This document shows, piece by piece, positions 48,421 to 58,700 of a stretch of DNA of 64,000 bases. Origin of the DNA: Candidatus Peregrinibacteria bacterium CG10_big_fil_rev_8_21_14_0_10_36_19. Its GTDB lineage: Bacteria > Patescibacteriota > Gracilibacteria > UBA1369 > LOWO2-01-FULL-3. The notes under the pieces were generated by a model. It saw nothing but the letters and a program-made list of their open reading frames with translations. It ran no database searches and was not told the DNA's origin. The number at the start of each line of letters is the position of its first letter. Position 1 is the first letter of the stretch. Both the position numbers and the translations under genes were made by a program. Where the stretch lies: NCBI GenBank assembly GCA_002772535.1, contig PFDP01000003.1:3962-67961 (forward strand). The letters are read 5' to 3'.

Positions 48421-48591
48421 ATGATTATTAGTTGCTTATCCTGCGGAAAATCAGTATCAAACAACGGCCATTGTTGTCCATATTGCAGATGTGAAATAAG
48501 TTCAGCAACACTTCAGTTGAATGGTATAGAAACCAAAGATAACCTAACCGAACGTGTTCTAGATTTAGTATTAAATTTCGTTCACAGATAA
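48421..48591 (+). CDS. Small zinc-ribbon protein (56 aa), not in ORF track
   Basis: Manual translation: MIISCLSCGKSVSNNGHCCPYCRCEISSATLQLNGIETKDNLTERVLDLVLNFVHR. It has a CxxC-x9-CCPYC zinc-ribbon pattern, starts 12 nt after the HTH gene and is followed by a terminator. It competes with a motif-less antisense 80-aa ORF. Confidence 0.45.
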   Translation: MIISCLSCGKSVSNNGHCCPYCRCEISSATLQLNGIETKDNLTERVLDLVLNFVHR

Positions 48592-48669
48592 AAAATTTAC
48601 AATTAAAAATCTCCAATTGCCCTAAGTTCGTTTGCCCACGAACAAAACAAAGCCCTAGAAAAGCTAACA

Positions 48670-48700
48670 AAACCCTTCAATACGAAGGGTTTTGTCTTTT
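48670..48700. terminator. Bidirectional hairpin terminator between convergent units
   Basis: AAACCCTTC-aatac-GAAGGGTTT followed by a T-rich tract. It sits between the plus-strand small genes and the stop of the minus-strand operon (48699). Confidence 0.65.
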
Positions 48701-49817
48701 ATTTTGAAATAGGGCACTGCTTGCTATTTATTGTTGCAGCACAACCTTTCAGATCTGAAAGAGGTTTTAAATTATCACTAAGTGCCTTATTTACCCTTTC
48801 TAGCTCCTCAGTAAAGCTAATATTTGCTCCATCTGATCCTACCTTATACAAAACCTCAAATGTGCTTTTTAAATTTGCTCTCATTACATTTAGGTCATAG
48901 TTACTCTCTGAGGAACTCAAAGCATTTAATAGATCGCTTTGAGTTACCACCTGTGAGCTAGGAGTATATTTTGTTTTTAAATCACTAAGTATTTGGGCAA
49001 CACCACTTTTAGAGCCTAAATTGTTCACATTTACACTTACCAAGCCTTTAAAATAAGATTCTAATCCTATATCTGTTATGGCTTCTACTAATTTTTCTTT
49101 CCTTCCACCAATTGCTTTTTCCGCATTTTTGAGTGCTGGTTTAGCACCTGCAGCATTATCCAAAAATTGTTTCCATCTCTTTTCTACAGTTGCCCAAGAT
49201 GAATTTTCACATTTTATATAGGTTTTTTTTCTATCAGAATATTTGTTTTCCAACTTGTTAAAAAAATTATCTAATTCACTAGATTTAATATAACCAGGAT
49301 CAAAATAGCGAGATTGTATCTCAGACTTAATTGTTTTTGATGGAGTGTATAAACTATCTTCATCTTCCAGTGACCTTGTGGTTAAAACTTCTGCTGGTAA
49401 GTTCACAACCACTTTTCCATCAACAACATTCCTTACATAATATATTTCAGCGCTTAGCTTGTATAAGGCGCTTTTTAGCTGTGGCAGTTTTTCTGTATTA
49501 CATGTTAAAAAAGCGTCTCTTATGTAATTTTTTACTTTATCTCTCTGGTTTATAAGGTTACTTACATCGTTACCCTGACACTGATTCCTAAAAAGGAAAT
49601 CATTAAATGGTTCTATGGTGCTATTAATAACACCGTCTGCAAATGTCATCGACTGTAGGAATGCAATAAATTCTAAATTCCCCTTTGCAGCGCATTGCGC
49701 CACCACTAATTTGTCGCCACTAAACGGTACTAATTCCTTATCAGCTGCATGCGCAACATTTGTACTAAGTACTAGAATTGTAACCAAAATAAAGTTGTAT
49801 ATTAATTTCTTCATCAT
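48699..49817 (-). CDS. Secreted hypothetical protein (372 aa), Cys-containing helical protein
   Basis: Signal peptide MMKKLIYNFILVTILVLSTNVAHA, a helical/charged body, and the C-terminal LKGCAATINSKQCPISK. 4-nt overlap with the upstream gene. Confidence 0.65.
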   Translation of the reverse strand: MMKKLIYNFILVTILVLSTNVAHAADKELVPFSGDKLVVAQCAAKGNLEFIAFLQSMTFADGVINSTIEPFNDFLFRNQCQGNDVSNLINQRDKVKNYIRDAFLTCNTEKLPQLKSALYKLSAEIYYVRNVVDGKVVVNLPAEVLTTRSLEDEDSLYTPSKTIKSEIQSRYFDPGYIKSSELDNFFNKLENKYSDRKKTYIKCENSSWATVEKRWKQFLDNAAGAKPALKNAEKAIGGRKEKLVEAITDIGLESYFKGLVSVNVNNLGSKSGVAQILSDLKTKYTPSSQVVTQSDLLNALSSSESNYDLNVMRANLKSTFEVLYKVGSDGANISFTEELERVNKALSDNLKPLSDLKGCAATINSKQCPISK

Positions 49818-51574
49818 TGAATATTAGGTTTTTTACCGATTTCCTTACATACTTTAGCAGTATCATTGAAAAGCTTATTATAGCTCTCAAAAAATGTTGC
49901 CAGTCCTTCTAGCTCTTTCAACACCACTTGTGCATAAAGTTTTGTATTCATAGCATCGCTACTGGCTTGAATCGCCTCAATATCTTTTAAAGCAGCAGCA
50001 CTTTCAGCATTAATACTAGATTCCAACTGATTCAAAATATCTAACTGAGTTGTATCCTTAGTTGATGATGAAGTCGCAGATTTAATGTATGTTTCACCCT
50101 TTGGTAATAATAAAGGCTGATATCTAGTTACAAACTTGTTCCATTCATCAAAAATATTTCTTCCAAAAATTAAGTCATCATTTGGAGGAGTTGGGACAGG
50201 CGCTTTAATAGTTACAAATTTCATATCTAAAAGTGGTTCATATGCTTGCTTGCATTTAGTGCTTTCAAGCAAATTACCAGTTACTTTATTCGGCACCAAA
50301 CTATGTGAAAGCGTTTTATCAAGTACTAGGTTTATTTTTTCAATTTCACATAAAATACAAGTATCCGAAGGTAGATAGCTTGATACAGTTTGTTTAATAT
50401 ATTCAACTTCTAAACACACAGAAAAGTGTTTTTTTAATATAGGTTCTTTATTTATTGCCTTTGCTGACTGTTCCAAAATAGCCGTTGATGTACCACCTAA
50501 GCTTTTAAAATTACCACTACCGGTAAAACCAATATTTGGATCAGCAACATTTCCCTCAAGAATTGGACACCAATTTTGTAACCAGTTTCCAGGATTTGCA
50601 GGCTCAAGATTTTGCGCTGTTAATTTATTGTTAGCATTTTTAGTATCACTATTTGCATTAGCAGCTGGATCCACTTGAGAGTTACCAGAACTGCTACTAA
50701 TTTCATTTGCTATAGTCTTATCTACATACACATCTATTGCTTTGCTCAATGGCACTTTTAGAGGAGATGGACACACATCATTTATTAACACATTCACATC
50801 CACACTAGATTCGCCAACCTTAATTTTTACATTACCAGCTTTAATTGAACCATTTATTACATCTTTTTTAGCAACTTTACTTTCTGCAATACTATTCGTA
50901 CTTGAAGCAAAATTATTTATAGTTGCAGCAGGATTTTCATTTGCAATGTAATCGTTAATTGTTTGTTCACGCTCAGTAGGTAAATAGGGTGTTGGTAATT
51001 GTACTTGGTAAGGCTGACCCAAAGTATTTTTCACAACTTTCACAAATAGAATTTCTTCCATAACTTCTATGTCATGAACTAAGTCAAAACCACTATCACT
51101 CAAATCACCATTGCTAAACATTTCACTTGGCCTAGTAGCAAGATCCAATTCTTGCTGTAATTCATACAAATCTTTTAGTCTTTCATAATCTTCAACCACA
51201 TTTTCCATTATTTGAAATGCTTTTTCTTGAGTCATATTGCCACCATTGAAGTTGGGGTTACTAAAAATAGGCGTTTTCGTACCATTCTTAACTTGATTAA
51301 CTTCTGCAACAGTAAGTCCATAAGACTTTGCAACTTCCTTGATTGCATCTCTTTCAGGTTTTTCAAGCGCTTTTTCATGAACCAGAGCATAAATATTTTT
51401 TCCATTTGATCCACTATTAAAGACATCATTCCAATCAAATAAATCACCATTAGCAACTATTGTATCCCATAAACCAAGTTCTGCATGAGAAACTTCAACA
51501 GGTTTCACATAGATCAAAACAGTGAGTGCAATCACACAAATCATTAAACCAAAAATGTTATTTTTCATTGTCAT
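49814..51574 (-). CDS. Secreted hypothetical protein (586 aa)
   Basis: Signal/anchor MTMKNNIFGLMICVIALTVLIYV...SHA, several Cys pairs, and the C-terminal helical region ...LEGLATFFESYNKLFNDTAKVCKEIG. 4-nt overlaps on both sides. Confidence 0.65.
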   Translation of the reverse strand: MTMKNNIFGLMICVIALTVLIYVKPVEVSHAELGLWDTIVANGDLFDWNDVFNSGSNGKNIYALVHEKALEKPERDAIKEVAKSYGLTVAEVNQVKNGTKTPIFSNPNFNGGNMTQEKAFQIMENVVEDYERLKDLYELQQELDLATRPSEMFSNGDLSDSGFDLVHDIEVMEEILFVKVVKNTLGQPYQVQLPTPYLPTEREQTINDYIANENPAATINNFASSTNSIAESKVAKKDVINGSIKAGNVKIKVGESSVDVNVLINDVCPSPLKVPLSKAIDVYVDKTIANEISSSSGNSQVDPAANANSDTKNANNKLTAQNLEPANPGNWLQNWCPILEGNVADPNIGFTGSGNFKSLGGTSTAILEQSAKAINKEPILKKHFSVCLEVEYIKQTVSSYLPSDTCILCEIEKINLVLDKTLSHSLVPNKVTGNLLESTKCKQAYEPLLDMKFVTIKAPVPTPPNDDLIFGRNIFDEWNKFVTRYQPLLLPKGETYIKSATSSSTKDTTQLDILNQLESSINAESAAALKDIEAIQASSDAMNTKLYAQVVLKELEGLATFFESYNKLFNDTAKVCKEIGKKPNIQ

Positions 51575-52209
51575 TTGCAGGTTGGTGAAGTGGCATCAAT
51601 AAATTTTCCAGGGAAGCGGTCTACTTCTTCTCTTACATTCTTTATTGCTACTTTAAATTTATTCAAAGATTTAATAATTTTCTCATACTCCAAATGCATT
51701 GGATAAGCTGTTTTATATTCATCATAAACCTTTAATGCTTCCTCCATTACAACTTTTGCATCTTCAATTTCCTTTTCTATTTTGGCATCCCTTAAACTTA
51801 CATCACTAAATATTGATTCAAGTTTTGAACTATTATCAAGTTTTGGCAATTTTGATTTTACTTCTAACAATGTTTTTACATAGCTCATATATAAATCTAA
51901 AGCCCCCATTGATACACAATAACTGCTAACATTTGTTTCACTACATTCTCCGTCTGATTTAAAGTCAGGACTATTCACATAATTCTTTGTTTTAATTAAT
52001 TTCAAAAACAAATCTACTTTTTCATTAAAGTAATCATTCATTGTATTGTGATAATTACGCCTCACCGTTTCAAAAGAATCTCCATTATCTGCAAATCCAT
52101 CAATGTATTCATTAATGGTATCAGCATAAATTACATATCCACTATACCCAGTTACAACAACGATTGCTGCTATCATCAAACTCCAAATTGTATTTTTAAA
52201 ATTTTTCAT
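51571..52209 (-). CDS. Secreted/anchored hypothetical helical protein (about 212 aa)
   Basis: I prefer ATG 52209 (MKNFKNTIWSLMIAAIVVVTG...), which forms a TAATG overlap with the upstream stop. The track start is 52224. The C-terminus is ...VDRFPGKFIDATSPTCK. Confidence 0.6.
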   Translation of the reverse strand: MKNFKNTIWSLMIAAIVVVTGYSGYVIYADTINEYIDGFADNGDSFETVRRNYHNTMNDYFNEKVDLFLKLIKTKNYVNSPDFKSDGECSETNVSSYCVSMGALDLYMSYVKTLLEVKSKLPKLDNSSKLESIFSDVSLRDAKIEKEIEDAKVVMEEALKVYDEYKTAYPMHLEYEKIIKSLNKFKVAIKNVREEVDRFPGKFIDATSPTCK

Positions 52210-52793
52210 TAGTTTTGGACACATTGGTTTAAAAATCCGGGCAATTTATTATCAAAAGTTTTAAAATATCCGTACATTTGAGCCATTGCTAAGTTCATCT
52301 TTCTAAGACGATCAGAAAGAGCTTTATATTTTTCCACCATCACCGTGCTTTGTTTTTGTACGCTATTTGTTTTTATTGATCTTAGCATTTGGTCTTTAGC
52401 TAATTTCAAATAAGTATCTTTTATTTTTCCACATTTGATATAACTAGCATAAGTACTAGCTATACCCTCATTTTGTGGCTGTATTTTATCAAATGCTATT
52501 TCTAAATCTTTACGGTAAAGATCGTATTTTGCGACTGCGACATTAATTAAAGCACTATTGTCGCTTTTACTTTGAAAATGTGTTTCCAAAAATTTAAAGA
52601 ATTCTATTGTTTTAATATCATATATTTGTCCAAGCCTTTCCATACATTGAGCAACATCAGCATTTTTTAAACTTGCTTCAAGTGCCGTTGCATGATTACT
52701 CAGCTCAGATGGAAATTGATACGCAAAAGCGCTTACCATAGTGGTAGAAATAAAAATCAAAGATAAACAAATTGTGATAATTTTATTTAACAT
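52209..52793 (-). CDS. Secreted hypothetical helical protein (194 aa)
   Basis: Signal peptide MLNKIITICLSLIFISTTMVSAFA. The C-terminus is ...FKTFDNKLPGFLNQCVQN. The start overlaps the giant gene end by 11 nt. Confidence 0.6.
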   Translation of the reverse strand: MLNKIITICLSLIFISTTMVSAFAYQFPSELSNHATALEASLKNADVAQCMERLGQIYDIKTIEFFKFLETHFQSKSDNSALINVAVAKYDLYRKDLEIAFDKIQPQNEGIASTYASYIKCGKIKDTYLKLAKDQMLRSIKTNSVQKQSTVMVEKYKALSDRLRKMNLAMAQMYGYFKTFDNKLPGFLNQCVQN

Positions 52794-55700
52794 TTCCGAT
52801 TAAAATATCATTACTTTTAGAAAATATACTAGATTCATCAGGAGTTGATATAACGCTAAAGAAAATATCTCCAGCAGTTACTTCAGCTTTATTTGATAAT
52901 GTAGATACACAAGGACAAGTATTACATTCGCCAGGTACAACATAGATACCTTTATCACCAACCACATCAGAAACGTTTCCGTTTAAATCTATTGTATCAT
53001 CAGAAACCTTTTCATCAGTAGTATTTTCATTATTATTTTCAGAACAATCATAGAAATCTAAAACTCTTAATGCCATCATCATCATATCTCCACGAGTTAT
53101 TAATGCATCTGGGTTTAAAGCTTCTTCTGGTGTGAGTATAAAGTTATTTTTTACCCCGCTATTTGCTTTTAAATATTTTGTTAGGTCTTGAGATATTTTA
53201 ATATATGGTTTGTACCAAGGTGCCTCTAATTGAATTTCTCCCAAATCTAAAACTCCTTGCATCTCTAAAGCCTCTAAAATTATTTTAGCCGCTTCAGCTC
53301 TTGTTATTGTATTGGAAGGTTTATATGGAGTTAATCCTTTTTCATCTACCTCACCTTTATATCCGTTAACAAGACCTCTCAAAGCGGCTTCTTTAATATA
53401 AGAGTAGTACCAAAGGTTTTTATCGTTTATGTCATTAAACAAGCTAGGATTTTCATAGGCATCTTTTCTAGGTACGATACAAAGCATATCCAAAAGAACT
53501 TTTACAAATTGAGCTCTATCAACAGTATCATTTACTTGTAGAGCTATACCATTTGCGGTAGGAACACCCTCGATAATTCCTTTTTCAGATAGTATTTTCG
53601 CAGCATTTTGAAGTTCACTATTTACATTTTTAATATCAATAAAAGGTGATGAATAACTAATGTTTTTTTCTTCTACTATTTTGCTTGGTAAACTTACAGG
53701 CACATCATTAGGGCCAACAATCTCGGCTCTTTTGTTCACAACAATATTTACTTCCGCTAAAATTTCTTTTCCTTGAATTACCTCAACAACAAAAGGGGCT
53801 ATATTGTGGTTGTTAGATTTCTTCCTGAAATTAATAGTTGAGTCTAATTTGATTAAATTTCCCGATCCATCAACTATAACTAGATTTTTCTTCCCATCTG
53901 CAAGTAATGCGCCACCTGGATAAAGCTTGTTATCTGATCCAAATTTTTGCCACTTCAACTTACCAATACTTTTTACACTCACAGAATTTTTATTTTCTAC
54001 TAAGCTTACCCCTGCATTAATATCCGCCATTAAATAAATCTTCACTAGCTCTAAACCTGAACTATCAACAATTGAGCTATAGCTTGCTGCTTTAAGTGGT
54101 TGTGCAGGTCGAATATTCGATGTGTAGCCATCTTTTGTTATTTTAAAATTCCCAGTTAAAGGATTTATTTCTGCAATCACAGTTCCTAAACTATTTTCCA
54201 CCAAAATCATATCATTAGTATCCAAATCACTAATTCTGTATTCACCAATGTTATTAGTTTTATCAGTTCTAACTTTTTCAATTCGTGGCACTAAACTTAG
54301 TTTTCCATTTTGAACTCTATAAATGTATCTATTTCGAATTAATTTCAAAGGAATGTCTGCAATTTTTTCATTTATGCTTCCACTGGCAATACCGCTTCTA
54401 CTAAAACTTTCATCTAGTGTTATTTTAGGTACAAATATTTCTATGCTAATCTCTTGAGATGAACTATTTCCAGACTGATCTATAACATGCACTGTAGCTT
54501 TATTTTTACCTATATATTCCTGCTTATCAAAAGGACCAATCTTAAACTTAGGGTTTGTTTTGTCATTCCAACTAATACCATCACCATTTTCATCATAAGC
54601 AAGATTTAAATCACTCCAGTACTGTTTTCCGCCAAAATCCAAGTAGTATTCCTTAACTTCACCAGTCGGATCAATTGCTTTACTGGCATCAATTTCTAAA
54701 TTCCCAAAAAGAGGAACTTTATACTCTGTAGTTGATAAAGTTGGCAATGGAGCATCTTTGTCACCACAGATTTGAGGTGCCACCATCACCGTACTTGAAA
54801 CTAAAGATTTCTCTCCATCTTTAGAAATCTCAAAAACATTTGCATAATAGTTTCCATTTTCTAAATCTAAATCGACACTATCTTCAGTTGATGCTATCAC
54901 TTTAAACGCCTTATCAAAATCTTCCAGAAGTGAATTTCTTAAAACCACTTCATATTTTTTATCTTTCTCACTCAACCAACTAATTTGTGCTTTTTTATAA
55001 TTATCATATGGAACCGACACACCTTGCACGGCAATTCCTCCAGCAGCTACAAAATCACTTACAGTATTTTTCTTAACTTCAATTAGTAAGTCACCTTTTT
55101 TAGCTTTTTTGTTTTCCTTATAATTTTCTTTTAAGTAAACATTACCACCCATTGAATATACGATGTCCGTATCGCCATCTTTATCTACATCACTAAATAC
55201 GCTATTAACTTTCTCAGAAAGTTCATCAACATAATTTAAAATACTCTCGTTCTCATTTCCTACTACGACGAAGAATCCTCTTGGGGTTTCTACATCATTT
55301 GATGCAGCATCAGCAAAATCTTTACTATCAAAATTAGCTGCAATAAGTTTGCTTTCGGAACTTGCCTTAATAGTATTTTCTATACCCTCACCTAAGAAGC
55401 TCAATTTTCTTTCAGTTATTTCACCGGTAACAGGGGATGAGTTACTAGCAAATTTTCTTGGACTTTCATCTGTTTCTACCAGTAATTTTCCAAACTCCAA
55501 TGGATCGCTAATATTTTTCAACACACCATTAGTAGTATTTAAGTTATCAACATAGGCAATCAATGAATCTCTAAGTTTACTGTTAGCATTTTTTTCTGTT
55601 TCGTTTCTTAAGGCGATATCTTTTTTTATGCTACTTAGAGGTCTATTTAAAATTGGATCATTTTTATCTAGGAATGATTGAGTTGCACTTAAGTAATATT

Positions 55701-58700
55701 TATCAGGCACAACTTCCTTATCCATATTATCTATATAGCTTTGAAGATCATTTTTCTCTTTTTTAATTCCATCAAAAGCACTATCCAAAATTTGTTGGAA
55801 AGGGAAGTCTGTGTACTCTTCTAATCCATCTACAAAGTTATCAACTTTTTTATTTACTGTGTCTGCACCATTTTTTACAGCATTGTAAATAAAATCAGTT
55901 TCTACACTCATGTTTGTTTTCGCATTTATTCTTATCTGTTTTAGATAGTCATATTGTATTGCTGGCATTTGTACTCCAAGATCTTTCATGAAAGGTAGTG
56001 TGGCTTGCACAGTTGGTTGTGTAAGAGTTTCAATCTCTGTACCAAGAGAACTTTCTGGTACCGGCACAAGTCCTTTCTTAAGCAAACATAGTGCTTGCAT
56101 TGCAGGCTTAAGATTTTTGGCTACCTTGGCAGTTGTACTACCAATATTTGGAATTTTTGGTGGTCTTGGTAAATCTGGCAGATCCGGTAGTGGTAGAGCG
56201 GGTAGATCAGGGAAGTTTGGTAAGCTAATCTCTGGGAATTCCATGATCCATTTTGGAATTTCTGGGAGCCCATCTAATTTTGCATTTAAAATTTCTAAAT
56301 CACCGGCATTTATATCAACACTTTCAGGTAAATTAGGTGAAATATTTATGGTAGGTAAATCAAATAATGCAACGGGCTCTGGTCTAAATACTAAATCCGG
56401 CCACACAACTCTTACTCCAGTTTTTATTTGTGAAATATCAAACACAATGTCTGGCCATTTTGGTAATGGTATTACAGGAAGGTCAGTAGGTAGTGATGCA
56501 AAAACGCTAAGAAGTAATCCAAGTTTACTAAATCTATCATTTTTACATTCATCACATGATGCTTGATAATCTGCAGAAATATCCAATAAAACTTTCCAAT
56601 TTTTAAAGGTCCTTACAGCATCTTCCGCAGCTTTCATCCAGGACTGTACGGTTTTTTGTTGTTTGTTTATATAACCACCAGTGTATTGAGTGGCCGCATC
56701 CATATAGCAAATTAGCTGTGTGGCATATTTAGCTTCCATCTGGCGCCATTTCAAGATTTCACCAGGAAGTCTACCAATCGCATCAAGTTTTCCAGAAGTT
56801 ATTTTTACATTTGCCACCAAATTGCCAAGTTTTACTTTTATCAAATCACACATGCTTTCTCGGTATTGGCTTTCCTTACATTTCAAAATTTCATCTAGTC
56901 TCTTAATTTGGTCTTCTTGATATGTAATCCATAAATCAGCTTGTCTTTGCCATTTTTGAATTTCGCCTTGAGATATAGCAGGTATTTTTAGCAGTACTTC
57001 TTTTCCTTCAATTTGAATTAGGGGAGAACTGTTTAGAGATTTTAAGAAATCATTTATACTCTTAATTTCCTGATTACTATTTTTATCTTTTGTACTTTTG
57101 GATACTAAAGTATTTAAATCCGGATATATGAAATAGAAATCAGGTAGATCTAAAAGTTTATTATAAATTTCCTCAGTTTGAGCATCTAGCCAATTTGTTA
57201 TTACACTTGGAAATCCAGGTATTCTTACATTAACTTTTGCATTGGCAGAAACAGCAGAGTTGGCTGATGTAAATGCACTATCGCCTTTTATTGCCTTAGA
57301 ATCAGCAGATGTATTGCCATCAGAAACGATAGTGGAAAGTCCCACATCCAAATTAGAAGTAACATTTTTAGCCTTAGTTAAAGCAGTGCCAATTGAGTTT
57401 AAAAATTTAGGACATCCTCCAACCAGTTTTGGAGGAATAGCAAAAGCATAACAAATACCAGCGGTACTGTTTGGGCCAGTACAAATTGCTGTACCAAGTC
57501 CAAGAGTAAGTGTAGGGCTGATATATAATCTTGATGTAGATGGCGCTAGTGATGAGTAAAATGGGGCAAAATATGGTGGATTTGGAGTACCAAAAGCCAA
57601 GGTTGCAATACCATTAGGGTTATCAACATCTGGAGCAAATAGAGCGTCGTTAAATGGAATTGGCAAACATCCTCCACCGGAACATCTAAAGGTTGATGTT
57701 AAGTTCTGAATCCCGCTTGAAATAGATTCCGCAACATTGCTGAGGGAATTATCTGTTTTATCTATGCTATCAACACATCCATCAAAATCACTATCTTCAT
57801 TGCCGGAATTTTGCCACTTGGATATTGCAGATTGAGGGTCTTTAGTTGGATCAGGCACCCCCTGCTTTTTTGCTTCTGCAGAATAAAGATCACTTAAGCT
57901 TTTACCATCGCTTGTAACTTCCTCCATCTTAAATATTACTTGTCCTTTTTTATTTAAACCGGTTGAGTAGAGATAGGTAAGTATGCCGTCAGGGTTAATA
58001 CCAGGGCGCACTCTTATATCGTAGTAATCATCTTTATCTGTGCTCTTAAAATTCTTAGCTAAATCAAAACTCACTTGAGGGATTTCTGTGACCTTCATCT
58101 TATATTTAATCGTTCTTTTACCGTTAGCCGGCACACTAGCACCTTTAATTATTACAGATCTCAAGCTGTAATCAGTTTGTGAAAACTGAAGTTTATCACT
58201 ACAACCAGCATCTAAACATTGCAAACTACCAGGCACTATTTGCATAGTTGTTGGAGTTAAATCAGAGATCATTAAATTATCCAATTTGCTCTTAGAGTTA
58301 ATGGTAATTATATAATCTATTTCATCACCAAGAGAAACACTACCACCATTGACATCTAAAGCAGTTTTATTGAGTCCGCTATAAAATGGAACTTCAGAAG
58401 CATAAATAAATCTTACAGGGTCATCTACAGCATTCAGTGCAATATCTAAGTAGTTTTTAGGTTTGTTATCTTGTCCCGCATAACTCAAATACAAATTATC
58501 CCTTAAGTTAATTTTTGTATTTAAGAGATATCCAAAATTCCAGTTATTGTTATCTCCAAAACTTGTATTTAAACCACTACATTTTTTACCATCTTCTTTG
58601 TTATAAAAAACCCTCAAATTTCCTGCCGAATCGCTCACCACCAAATCTTGGCATCCATTGTTATTCATATCTGCCGCCTTCATTTCAAAAACCTTTCCTT

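Noticed and set aside
48428-48670. 80-aa minus-strand ORF from the track
   Set aside because: It has no motif, it runs through the terminator hairpin region, and it is antisense to a plus-strand ORF with a clean zinc-ribbon Cys pattern that sits directly behind the HTH gene. I favour the plus-strand reading, though only moderately.
55988-56566. 192-aa plus-strand ORF (Gly/Ser/Arg-rich), along with the many other 60-130-aa ORFs inside large genes
   Set aside because: It is antisense to the Pro/Leu/Asp-rich part of the giant gene, so its low-complexity GSGRAGRSGKFG sequence mirrors the PDLP repeat. The same reasoning applies to the antisense ORFs inside mutL, sdaAA, purH, uvrA and others.
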